Assembly: GCA_963640785.1 (NCBI GenBank)
Contig: CAVIBA010000001.1
Coordinates: forward strand, 14,527 to 58,665
DNA from: Bulleidia sp.
Lineage (GTDB): Bacteria > Bacillota > Clostridia > Oscillospirales > CAG-272
Length of the DNA stretch: 44,139 nt
Direction: 5' to 3'
Shown here: one piece after another, positions 34,730 to 42,838 of the stretch
How positions within the stretch are numbered: the stretch's first letter is position 1
How the letters are laid out: each line of letters begins with the position of its first letter
Made by a program: the position numbers and the translations under genes
The notes under the pieces: model-generated
What the model saw: only the letters and a program-made list of their open reading frames with translations
Database searches by the model: none
What the model was told of the DNA's origin: nothing

Positions 34730-35560
34730 GACTCGGGGCTTTGCCCCGAACCCCACTCGGGGATGCGTCTCGGGACCATCCCCGAACCCCGCTTAGGGAG
34801 CTTTTTTCAAAAAGCTCCCTAAGAACCCGCAAAAACTTTCGGAAAAGGGACGGGGTAGCGGAATAAAGCAAGCGAAACCCGCTCACTCTCGGGGCGCTGC
34901 CCCGAACCCCGCTCGGGCGGCTTTTGAAAAAGCCCCCGAGACCCCGCAAAACTTTCAAAAAAGCGTGTTAAAGTCTGCGAACGGACGTGAAAACGTTCAA
35001 GTGCGTGCGGTGCGTCATCACGTTATAGACCAGCACCGCCCTGCTTCGCGTGCGGTGTACTGTCGCGGAAAGTTAGTCCGCCTGCGGTGGGCTGCAATGA
35101 TTTAACTGATGTTTGGGCACGCCGTATGGGCGACCATCGGTCGCCCGCCGCTGTGATGCAAGGCAACGTCACTTGAGTAAAGCAAAGAATCGGCTCAAAC
35201 CAAGACTCCCTCCGGGAGGGAGGCATAGTTTACGGTGAAGCTCGCCTTCACCAATAAAGTTACTCTTCCCAGTCAGGGCGGCAACAGCGAAGCGCTTTGC
35301 CGCTGAACCATAACGCAGCGGACGAACGATTCCACCCCGTTCCGAATGGGCACCGGACGCGAAGCAGGGCGGTGCTGAACCATAACGTGATGCCGCACCG
35401 CCTGCACTTAAACGCCCAAAACCTCACGCCCCGGCGTCCCGCAGACTTTAACTCGCCCAAGTTTGTGAAAGTTTCGCCCGCCTTTGGGGAGGCGGCGCGG
35501 ATCCAGAGCCGCGCAGCGCTGGCCGCCGTCCGCAGACGGCGGAACTCCCCTACACGTGCC
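34730..35560. repeat. Family-1 intergenic repeat cluster, second locus (direct units on the left, inverted diverged unit on the right, interrupted by the 411-bp element)
   Basis: Hairpins cttagggagcttttttcaaaaagctccctaag (34792-34823) and ctcgggcggcttttgaaaaagcccccgag (34912-34940) are 120 bp apart. The right part, gactttaactcgcccaagtttgtgaaagtttcgcccgcctttggggaggcgg.., matches 22575-22680. Confidence 0.8.
34999..35409. mobile_element. 411-bp foldback / MITE-like non-autonomous element with ~52-bp terminal inverted repeats and putative 8-bp target duplication
   Basis: The left end aagtgcgtgcggtgcgtcatcacgttatagaccagcaccgccctgcttcgcg matches the reverse complement of 35358-35409 at 46/52 positions. 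It is flanked by aaacgttc (34991-34998) and aaacgccc (35410-35417). The paralogous unit at 22536-22550 reads gagcgttcaaaaccc with no insert. It has no ORF with coding character. Confidence 0.55.
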
Positions 35561-35565
35561 GCACT

Positions 35566-36090
35566 CTACACCCTTCCCCACCCGCACAGAACGCCCGTGC
35601 GGCAGAGATCGACGACGCCGAAGCTGGGCGCGCCGCCGTCGCGCGGCGCGCCGATGGAGCCAGGATTGAAAATATAGAGATTATGGGCAAGCGTCGTGAA
35701 ACCAAGTTGCGTCCCCGCGGGGATGAAGTCTTGGTACTTCACGTGCGTGTGCCCGTAAAGTAGCACATCCGCGTCCACCTCGGCCGCACGCATGATGGCG
35801 CGGTCAAGCCCGCGCTCAACACCCCGCGTGTTGCCGTGAAGCATCAGAATGTTCCGCCCGTCGAGATTTACGACAAGCTCGCACGGCGGCAGCTCGCCGC
35901 CGTCAAATCTGAACATGTCGCAGTTGCCGCGCACGGAGACGAGCGGTGTTTCACCTAAATCCACGTGCCGGAAGTCAGACAGCCCGTCGCCCAGAAATAA
36001 TACCGCGTCCGGTCGCGTCGTCTGGAGCTCGAGCGCCGCGCGTATGTTGTCCGCCCGACCGTGCGAGTCGGATAAAACCAATAGCTTCAT
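35566..36090 (-). CDS. metallophosphoesterase, YfcE/MJ0936 family
   Basis: 174 aa with the MKLLVLSDSHG, GD.., GNCD and GHTH motifs in canonical order. Its ATG overlaps the upstream stop. Confidence 0.85.
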   Translation of the reverse strand: MKLLVLSDSHGRADNIRAALELQTTRPDAVLFLGDGLSDFRHVDLGETPLVSVRGNCDMFRFDGGELPPCELVVNLDGRNILMLHGNTRGVERGLDRAIMRAAEVDADVLLYGHTHVKYQDFIPAGTQLGFTTLAHNLYIFNPGSIGAPRDGGAPSFGVVDLCRTGVLCGWGRV

Positions 36091-37043
36091 ACAGTCGCCG
36101 CCTCGGCTGTCGTCATCGGCAGCGGCTCGAGCTGCGTGCAGCCCTCCGGTACGCAGAACCGCACCGCCCCGCGCTCAACACTAAGCTCAAGACGCTCGCA
36201 GTCCTCAATTTCGCCGTCAATACTGACCGCCTGCGGCGCCGGAAACTCAATGTCAAGCCGGGAACACCGCACAAAATCCGCAATCTCCGACGCGTCACGA
36301 CGCGCAAGGTAGCTCCCGTTCTTGTAAGACGACAGCATCGAGATAAACTTGCGCCGCGTAACGTTCTTGACAAAGCTGACGTCCATCACCCCGTCCGACG
36401 GCGAGGCGTAGGGCTCCGACCGGAAGCCTCCGCCGCAAAAGCCGCCGTTCCCGACACATGTCAGAAGCAGCTCGCGCTCGCAGGGCTCGCCGCCGTCGAC
36501 CGATACGCGCATGCGCACGCCCGGCTTCTTTATCAGCACCTTGATGACCCCGATTATGTACGCCAGCTTGCCCGGCACCAGCGGATTGCCCTTGATGTGC
36601 GCCACCTGACGCACCACCTCGCAGTCAAACCCCGTGTTGAGCATGTTGATGAGGTAGCGCCCGTTATATTTTATGAGATCGATTGGGTGCGTGACACCGC
36701 GCAGCTGCGCCGCCATGTCCATGAACTTCTCGCGCGGCGAAAAGTTGCGGACAAAATCGTTGCCCGTGCCAATCGGTATTATGCCGACCTCGACGTTCGG
36801 AAAGCCCGCCGCGCCGTTCACAACGTCGCACAGCGTGCCGTCGCCGCCGCAGGCGTAAATGCGGACATCGTCCCCCATTGCACAGCGCTCGCGCACGTAT
36901 CGCTCGCAGTCACCCTCGCGCTCGGTGTAGTAAACGGTGCAATCCTCGCCCATCTCGCCGCAGACACGGCGTATCTCCTGCTCAAGGCCGGACTGTGCCT
37001 TTCCCTTGCCCGCGGCAGGATTGATTATAAAACAGTGCTTCAT
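36087..37043 (-). CDS. diacylglycerol/lipid kinase family protein (DagK/YegS-like)
   Basis: Start at ATG 37043 (MKHCFIINPAAGKGKA) after AAAGAGG. It contains the ACGGDGT and PIGTGNDF motifs. Confidence 0.85.
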   Translation of the reverse strand: MKHCFIINPAAGKGKAQSGLEQEIRRVCGEMGEDCTVYYTEREGDCERYVRERCAMGDDVRIYACGGDGTLCDVVNGAAGFPNVEVGIIPIGTGNDFVRNFSPREKFMDMAAQLRGVTHPIDLIKYNGRYLINMLNTGFDCEVVRQVAHIKGNPLVPGKLAYIIGVIKVLIKKPGVRMRVSVDGGEPCERELLLTCVGNGGFCGGGFRSEPYASPSDGVMDVSFVKNVTRRKFISMLSSYKNGSYLARRDASEIADFVRCSRLDIEFPAPQAVSIDGEIEDCERLELSVERGAVRFCVPEGCTQLEPLPMTTAEAATV

Positions 37044-37237
37044 GTGGGACCTCTTTCGTAAGCCCGCCACCCAAATCGGCGGTCTTAATTATTTCTTAAC
37101 ACTTAATTATATCACACCTGCTCCCGTTTTTCAACGTCCAAAAGCTATTTTTCACACAATTCTCACGCCGAGGGGCAAAACGCGCCGCGCGGTCATATAA
37201 TGCTCATGGAAATAATTCTCTGAAAGGAAGCTTAGCC

Positions 37238-37462
37238 ATGCAACTTGACCGTAACGCGCTAAACCGTCTGCTCTCCATGAGCGACACGCAGCTGAAATAC
37301 GTGATAACAAAGCTGGCCGTCGATAACGGCCTCGACCTCTCCACCTTCAATATAAGCGGCAACGACATAAATTCCATCCGAAGCGCCCTCAAAAACGCCA
37401 CCGACCAACAGCTCGAGCTTGCTGCCGAGCAGCTTCGCCGCGGTAAGCAGGGAGGCCGCTGA
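37238..37462 (+). CDS. small hypothetical protein (74 aa)
   Basis: A GAAAGGAAG RBS lies upstream. The composition is non-repetitive and helical-looking. Its stop overlaps the next start (TGATG at 37460-37464). Confidence 0.55.
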   Translation: MQLDRNALNRLLSMSDTQLKYVITKLAVDNGLDLSTFNISGNDINSIRSALKNATDQQLELAAEQLRRGKQGGR

Positions 37463-38256
37463 TGGACGACGGACGCGCCAAGAACACCTCCGGCGACACG
37501 GGCGCACCCGGCGACCTGCTCGGCGCACTGCTCTCGGACGGACAGTTGCTCGAGCGCGTCTCGCAGATAGTGGCCAAAACCCGCGCCGCCGAGTCATCGG
37601 CGGCGGACAACGACACCGCGCCGCACGACTCCTCGCCCTCCAACACACCGCCGCCCGCCATGCCCGACCTCGGCCTGCTCGCGGCACTGCTCGGCGGTAT
37701 GCCCGCTTCTCCGACGCAGGACGCAGATGACAGTCCCGCCGTGCAGGCCGGTTCGGACGCGGCGAGCGAATCCGGAATTAACGCCTCGGCAGCCGGTGCT
37801 TCCGGCACTCCGGTAACTTCGGGCACTTCCGGTGCTTCCGGCACTCCCGACGCTTCAGCCACACCCGGCGCTTCCGTGACCAACGAAGCCAACGACATCA
37901 ATAAAGCCACCGCAGCTTCCGCCGCCCCCTCGGGCACTCCGCCCGACCGTCTCGCCGGGCTCACCTCGCTGCTCACCGACAGCGATTTCATGGCAAAGCT
38001 CCCCGGCGTGCTGTCCATGCTGGTGGGGGGCGGCGGTGGCGGTAAGGACGGCGGCAATGGCGGCTCTGACGGCAAGGACGGCAAAAACGTTCCAAGCGGA
38101 GCCCGCGGCGGGCACGGCGGAGGCCGCGGGGGCGGCGACCGCTGTATCGCCCTGCTCTCGGCGCTCAGACCCTACATGAGTCCGCGGCGCTGCGAGGCCA
38201 TCGACTACCTCATCCGGATGAACCGCATGGGCGACATAATACGCCGCATACGCTGA
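37462..38256 (+). CDS. hypothetical low-complexity (Ala/Gly/Ser/Pro-rich) protein with conserved-looking C-terminal helical motif
   Basis: 264 aa, translationally coupled to the upstream gene. LLGALL / LLAALLGG / LTSLLTD repeats are followed by a Gly-rich tract, then RCIALLSALRPYMSPRRCEAIDYLIRMNRMGDIIRRI. Confidence 0.5.
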   Translation: MDDGRAKNTSGDTGAPGDLLGALLSDGQLLERVSQIVAKTRAAESSAADNDTAPHDSSPSNTPPPAMPDLGLLAALLGGMPASPTQDADDSPAVQAGSDAASESGINASAAGASGTPVTSGTSGASGTPDASATPGASVTNEANDINKATAASAAPSGTPPDRLAGLTSLLTDSDFMAKLPGVLSMLVGGGGGGKDGGNGGSDGKDGKNVPSGARGGHGGGRGGGDRCIALLSALRPYMSPRRCEAIDYLIRMNRMGDIIRRIR

Positions 38257-38273
38257 GCGAAAGGAGAAAACGC

Positions 38274-38924
38274 ATGTACGCAAAAGAATTTCGTCGTCCC
38301 ACGCCGCCGCGGAACTATGGCGGCACGGCCTTCCGCGAGCCGGCTCGCGAGTCGGTTCGCGATACAGGCCGTGAGACCGCCCCGGAAACCTCCCCCGCGA
38401 CGCGCCGGGACGCGCCCTATGCAGCACCCTACCCGGCCTCGCCCTACTTGGCCGCGCCGTCAACGCCGTCGAACACGTCCTCACCGCCCCTGCCGCGCGA
38501 CCTGCTGCCGGAGTCATGTCCCGAGCGGGAATCCGCGACGGGCGATGCGCCGATGGCCGGGGGCTGCCCATCAGAGCCGTCCGCGGCGCAAAATGAGGTT
38601 GAGTCGACGCACGACAACGACCACCATGACGGTTCAAAAGCCGACGGCGCGTCGGTGACGGCCTCCGCGCCCGGCACGGCACCCTCGTCCGGCACATCCG
38701 GCGCGACCTCCGCGTCTGCCGAGACCTCCGCAGGGGCGCACCGGCCGCCCGCCCCCGCTCACGGACTGCTCGGCGCGCTCATCCCACCCGGCCTCGACTC
38801 GGCGCACGGCAACGGTCTCGGCTTTGAGGAGCTGCTTCTGACCGGCCTCATACTGCTGCTCTCGCAGAGCCAGCGCGACAGCGACATCATCCTCATGCTG
38901 GCGCTGCTGCTGTTCTACCAGTGA
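38274..38924 (+). CDS. hypothetical Pro/Ser/Ala-rich protein with hydrophobic C-terminus
   Basis: A strong AAAGGAG RBS lies 5 nt before the ATG. 216 aa. The C-terminal sequence is LLGALIPPGLD..LGFEELLLTGLILLLSQSQRDSDIILMLALLLFYQ. Confidence 0.5.
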   Translation: MYAKEFRRPTPPRNYGGTAFREPARESVRDTGRETAPETSPATRRDAPYAAPYPASPYLAAPSTPSNTSSPPLPRDLLPESCPERESATGDAPMAGGCPSEPSAAQNEVESTHDNDHHDGSKADGASVTASAPGTAPSSGTSGATSASAETSAGAHRPPAPAHGLLGALIPPGLDSAHGNGLGFEELLLTGLILLLSQSQRDSDIILMLALLLFYQ

Positions 38925-39027
38925 CCCGCGCCGCACAATTATTTCCCGGTCGCCGCGGCGTTATTGACAAATTGCGCACGGCGTGCTATACTGAATACAG
39001 CACCTAAAACGGGAGATCAAAGCCAAA

Positions 39028-39690
39028 ATGAAGGAAAAAATAATAAAAATCATACGTGAAATATGCCGTCACCACATAAGCCTGCTGATGCTCATCACGC
39101 TCATCGACCTCGCGCTTCTCGCCGTCGACGAACCCGTGACGCTCTGCTTCGGTATGCTTGCGCCGCAGAGACTGCTGTCGCTCGGCATGGCGGGTCAGGG
39201 CATGGCGGGCGAGGCCAGTCTGCTTGTCTGCGGCTGGCTGACAGCGCTCATCTGCATCGGACTGTTCGCTGTCTGCCTTGCGGGATCGTACAGCCGTCCG
39301 GGCTGGCTGCTCTGCGCCGCCGTCATGACGCTGCTTGACACCACCCTCGCGGTATTAAGCCTCATTGCCTACTCCGACAGCACCTACTATCTCGACATCG
39401 CGGCGCACGTCTGGTGCATCGCCGCGCTCGTGGCCGCCTACATACTCGCGCGACATAAGCCCGCCCGCAAGCTCCCTAGCCTGTCCGACACGAATCCGGA
39501 TAAAATTCTCGAGCAACTCAGCCAAGCTCATAGATTCGGTGGCCCGCATAATATCGATGACCTTGATGACCTTGTAGACCCTGCAGAATTCGAAGAGCCT
39601 GAGGATTTTGAAAAATCGAAGGAGCCCGAAGCGTCCGAAAAGTCCGACGCGTCCGAGGAGTCTGCGGAATCCGAAAAGCCCACAGAATAA
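39028..39690 (+). CDS. hypothetical integral membrane protein with acidic C-terminal tail
   Basis: 220 aa with about 4 TM segments, then EFEEPEDFEKSKEPEASEKSDASEESAESEKPTE. Confidence 0.55.
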   Translation: MKEKIIKIIREICRHHISLLMLITLIDLALLAVDEPVTLCFGMLAPQRLLSLGMAGQGMAGEASLLVCGWLTALICIGLFAVCLAGSYSRPGWLLCAAVMTLLDTTLAVLSLIAYSDSTYYLDIAAHVWCIAALVAAYILARHKPARKLPSLSDTNPDKILEQLSQAHRFGGPHNIDDLDDLVDPAEFEEPEDFEKSKEPEASEKSDASEESAESEKPTE

Positions 39691-39703
39691 CTACATAAAA
39701 ATC

Positions 39704-39740
39704 CACCGGGAGCAGTCATATGACTGCTCCCGGTGTTTTT
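39704..39740. terminator. Bidirectional rho-independent terminator
   Basis: caccgggagcagtcat/atgactgctcccggtg is a perfect 16-bp palindromic stem. It is followed by ttttt and preceded by aaaaat. Confidence 0.8.
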
Positions 39741-39754
39741 ATGCAAATTTTCAA

Positions 39755-41818
39755 TTAAGCGTCCTGAGACTTCTTGTATTCCTCGATAATCTTGACCGCA
39801 ATTTCCTTCGGCACGACGTCGTAGCCCGTGACGTTGAACTCCATCGAGCCCAGTCCCTTGGACATAGCGCGCAGAGCGATCGGGTAGTCCAGTATCTCGG
39901 ACTTCGGAACGGTGAACTGAATGGTCGTATAACCGCTCTTGCCCTCGGCGGGGTTCATGCCCATGACCGAGCCGCGGCGCTTGTTGACGTCGCCCATGAT
40001 GTCGCCCATCAGCGCGTCGGGAACGGTGACGAACAGGTCGCCGACCGGCTCAAGCAGGACGGGGCCTGCCAGCTCGAGGCACTTCTTGTAAGCCAGCTGT
40101 GCTGCGGTCTTGAAGGAGATTTCATCCGAGTCGACGGGGTGGTAGGAGCCGTCGTACAGGTCGGCAGCCAGATGCACCATCGGGAATCCGGCAACGCCCT
40201 TCTGCATAGCGTCAAGCAGACCCTTTTCGACAGCGGGGTTGAAGTTCTTCGGCACGGTGCCGCCGACGACGGAAACTGTGAAGGTCAGACCCTCGTCCTC
40301 ACCGGGCGCGAAGCGGATCTTGACGTGACCGTACTGACCGGAGCCGCCGTTCTGCTTCTTGTGCTTGCCCTCGACGTCGACCTTCTTTGTGATCTTCTCA
40401 CGGTAAGGAATCTTGGGCGTCTCGAGCTTGATGGTAACGCCGAAGCGCGACTTCATCTTGGCCGCCAGCACCTGCAGGTGCATGTCGCCCAGACCTGCGA
40501 TGGTCATCTGCTTGGTCTCGCCGTTGTTTTCGAACTTAAGCGTGCGGTCTTCCTCGAGCATCTTGGTGATGGCCTGAGAAATCTTGCCCTCGTCGCCCTT
40601 TGCTGCCGGCATCATAGCCTGAATCATGTAGGGGTTGGGGTAGTTGACCGGTGCGTAGGCGATAAGGTCGCCGCCGCAGAGCGTATCGTTGGTGTTGGTA
40701 TTTGTGAGCTTTGCAATCATGCCGATGTCGCCGCAGGCCAGCTCGTCGACTTCAGTCTGAGCCTTGCCCTTGACAGTGTAGATGTGCGCCATCTTCTCTG
40801 CCGTCTCGGTGTTGGAGTTGGTGAGCACCATATCCTTCTTGAGCGTGCCCTGCATGACCTTGAAGAAGGACATCTTACCGACGAACGGGTCGGCAACCGT
40901 CTTGAACACGAAAATGTTTGCGACGGAGCTGTTCTTGTCGATGTCTATCTTGCTGCCGTCAGCCAGCTTTTCCTGCTTGCGGGCGGTGAAACGCGGGAAG
41001 GATGCTGCGATAGCGTCGAGCATGACGCCGAGTCCCCACAGCATGGTGGCGGAGCCGCAGTAAACGGGAACGATGTCGCCGTGGATGATACCCTCGTGCA
41101 GCGCCTCGGCGGCCTCGTCGTGGGTGATCTCCTCGCCGTTGAAGAACTTCTCCATCAGCTCCTCGGACGTGCCTGCGAGCGCCTCGTTGAGTGCGTCCTT
41201 ATAGGAAGCGGCGATCTCCTCGAGCTCGGACGTCATGGGAGTCTCGGAGCGCTTGCCCTTTGCGTCGTACTTGTACGCCTTCATCTCGATAAGGTCGATG
41301 ATGGTGACGTCCTTGCCGTTCTTGACGGGAATAGCGACAGGGCAGACGGGAGTGCCGAACTTGTCGTGCAGCTCGCCGAAGACGCGGGCGAAATCGGCCT
41401 CGTTATCGTCGCACTTGTTGACGAAGAAGGCGCGCGGAATGCCCGCATCGGAGGCATAGCCCCACGCGAGCTCTGTGCCGACCTCAACGCCGGCCTTTGC
41501 GTCGACAGCGATGACGGCGCTGTCGGCAACGCGGAGCGCCTGAAGCACCTCGCCTACGAAATCAAGGTAGCCGGGAGTGTCGAGCAGATTGATCTTTATA
41601 TCCTTCCACATGATGGGAGCTACGGCTGTGGACAAAGAGAAACCTCTTTTGATCTCCTCCGCATCGTAGTCACAGACGGTATTTCCGTCAGCTGTCTTTC
41701 CGAGTCTGTCTGTGCCGCCGCCTATGTAAAGCATAGCCTCGGCGATTGATGTTTTTCCGCTTCCTCCGTGTCCGAGTAAAGCAACATTTCTGATGCTGTT
41801 GGTTTCGATTTTAGCCAT
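39755..41818 (-). CDS. elongation factor G paralog (EF-G2-type translational GTPase)
   Basis: 687 aa. G1 is GHGGSGKTS rather than AHIDAGKTT, as in Thermus EF-G2. It also has DTPGYLDF and NKCD motifs and EF-G domains II-V. It stands alone, outside a str operon context. Confidence 0.88.
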   Translation of the reverse strand: MAKIETNSIRNVALLGHGGSGKTSIAEAMLYIGGGTDRLGKTADGNTVCDYDAEEIKRGFSLSTAVAPIMWKDIKINLLDTPGYLDFVGEVLQALRVADSAVIAVDAKAGVEVGTELAWGYASDAGIPRAFFVNKCDDNEADFARVFGELHDKFGTPVCPVAIPVKNGKDVTIIDLIEMKAYKYDAKGKRSETPMTSELEEIAASYKDALNEALAGTSEELMEKFFNGEEITHDEAAEALHEGIIHGDIVPVYCGSATMLWGLGVMLDAIAASFPRFTARKQEKLADGSKIDIDKNSSVANIFVFKTVADPFVGKMSFFKVMQGTLKKDMVLTNSNTETAEKMAHIYTVKGKAQTEVDELACGDIGMIAKLTNTNTNDTLCGGDLIAYAPVNYPNPYMIQAMMPAAKGDEGKISQAITKMLEEDRTLKFENNGETKQMTIAGLGDMHLQVLAAKMKSRFGVTIKLETPKIPYREKITKKVDVEGKHKKQNGGSGQYGHVKIRFAPGEDEGLTFTVSVVGGTVPKNFNPAVEKGLLDAMQKGVAGFPMVHLAADLYDGSYHPVDSDEISFKTAAQLAYKKCLELAGPVLLEPVGDLFVTVPDALMGDIMGDVNKRRGSVMGMNPAEGKSGYTTIQFTVPKSEILDYPIALRAMSKGLGSMEFNVTGYDVVPKEIAVKIIEEYKKSQDA

Positions 41819-41934
41819 TAGATGTTCCTCCTTGACCCGACGCGCCCCCTCTGGGCGGTGGGTGAATTTTTATGTTTAATATTATATACGATCATCAAAT
41901 CCCGCGACGGAGAATTTCAAATCACACACCAGTT

Positions 41935-41963
41935 ATTATACAACAAACCTTTTCACATTGCAA
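41935..41963 (-). promoter_or_regulatory. Near-consensus promoter for the EF-G paralog
   Basis: Minus strand: TTGCAA (41963-41958), 17 nt spacer, TATAAT (41940-41935). The leader of ~110 nt ends in an AAGGAGG RBS. Confidence 0.55.
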
Positions 41964-42019
41964 TAGCTTTGTGCCAATTTTGAAGATTTGCTCAAAACGA
42001 CGCCCTCATTTTTGTCTAT

Positions 42020-42838
42020 TTAGACGATTTTTATGTCAAAAAGCGCGGCCGCATTGGCCTCCGTGACCTCCACCACGCGCTCATAGCTCACTCCGCGCAG
42101 CTCCGCGAGCCTCCCGGCGGTGTGACGCATGAGTCCCGAGTGGTTGAGCTCACCCCGGCGCGGCACGGGAGCGAGGTAGGGACAGTCGGTCTCGATGAGC
42201 ATAAGCTCCTCGGGCACTGTCACCGCGATCTCGGGCAGCTTGCGGGCGTTCCTGAAGGTCAGCACGCCCGAAAACGAGACATACCACCCTCTCCGGCACA
42301 GCTCGTGCGCCAGCTCCGGGCTGCCGCTGAAGCTGTGAAAGACGCCGCGCACGTCGGGAAAGCGGCGTATCATGTCGAAGCAGTCGCCGTGCGCCTCGCG
42401 GTCGTGTATTATGACGGGCAGGCCGTATTTTTTCGCGAGGTACATCTGCGCCTCGAACGCCTCGGCCTGCGCGGCGCGGTCAAGCGGCTCCCAGTGGTAG
42501 TCGAGCCCTATCTCGCCGAGCGCTACGACCTTGTTCCCCGCTCTGTCGGCGAGCAGCGCCTCGAGCGCGTCAAGCTGCGCGGCAAATCCGGCGTCGAGAC
42601 CGCCGCCGGGGGCGGTCTCGATGTCCTCAGGGTGTATGCCCACCGCGGCGTACATGCCGTCATACCGCGCGGCCTGTTTTATGGCCGCGCGGGAGTTTTC
42701 AATATTCGAGCCGACGTTTATAATGTGCCCTACCTCGCCCGAGAACAGCGTGTCGAGCAGGCCGGCGGCGCCGCCGTCGGCCTCGGCGTCAAAGCGCGCG
42801 TCGGTGTAGTGGGCGTGCGAGTCGAAAAGCCGGGGCAT
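42020..42838 (-). CDS. tatD: TatD family metal-dependent hydrolase (YabD-like)
   Basis: 272 aa with MPRLFDSHAHY, GEIGLDYHW and IETDCPYLAP motifs. Its start overlaps the metG stop (TAATG). Confidence 0.9.
   Translation of the reverse strand: MPRLFDSHAHYTDARFDAEADGGAAGLLDTLFSGEVGHIINVGSNIENSRAAIKQAARYDGMYAAVGIHPEDIETAPGGGLDAGFAAQLDALEALLADRAGNKVVALGEIGLDYHWEPLDRAAQAEAFEAQMYLAKKYGLPVIIHDREAHGDCFDMIRRFPDVRGVFHSFSGSPELAHELCRRGWYVSFSGVLTFRNARKLPEIAVTVPEELMLIETDCPYLAPVPRRGELNHSGLMRHTAGRLAELRGVSYERVVEVTEANAAALFDIKIV

Noticed and set aside
35051-35357. Possible RNase P RNA, tmRNA, SRP RNA, 6S RNA or group II intron domain in the structured interior of the 411-bp element
   Set aside because: There is no GAGGAAAGTCC / ACAGAA P4 signature. 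There is no tRNA-like acceptor end or tag ORF. The similarity to the SRP helix-8 motif is only loose (gtcagggcggcaacagcgaagc). The ccgtatgggcgacc stretch lacks the symmetric D5 closing strand. The near-identical 52-bp ends and the flanking duplication fit a MITE better.
39608-41749. 713-aa ORF on the + strand
   Set aside because: It is antisense to the EF-G paralog, whose GTPase motifs are unmistakable. The composition is typical of a shadow frame.
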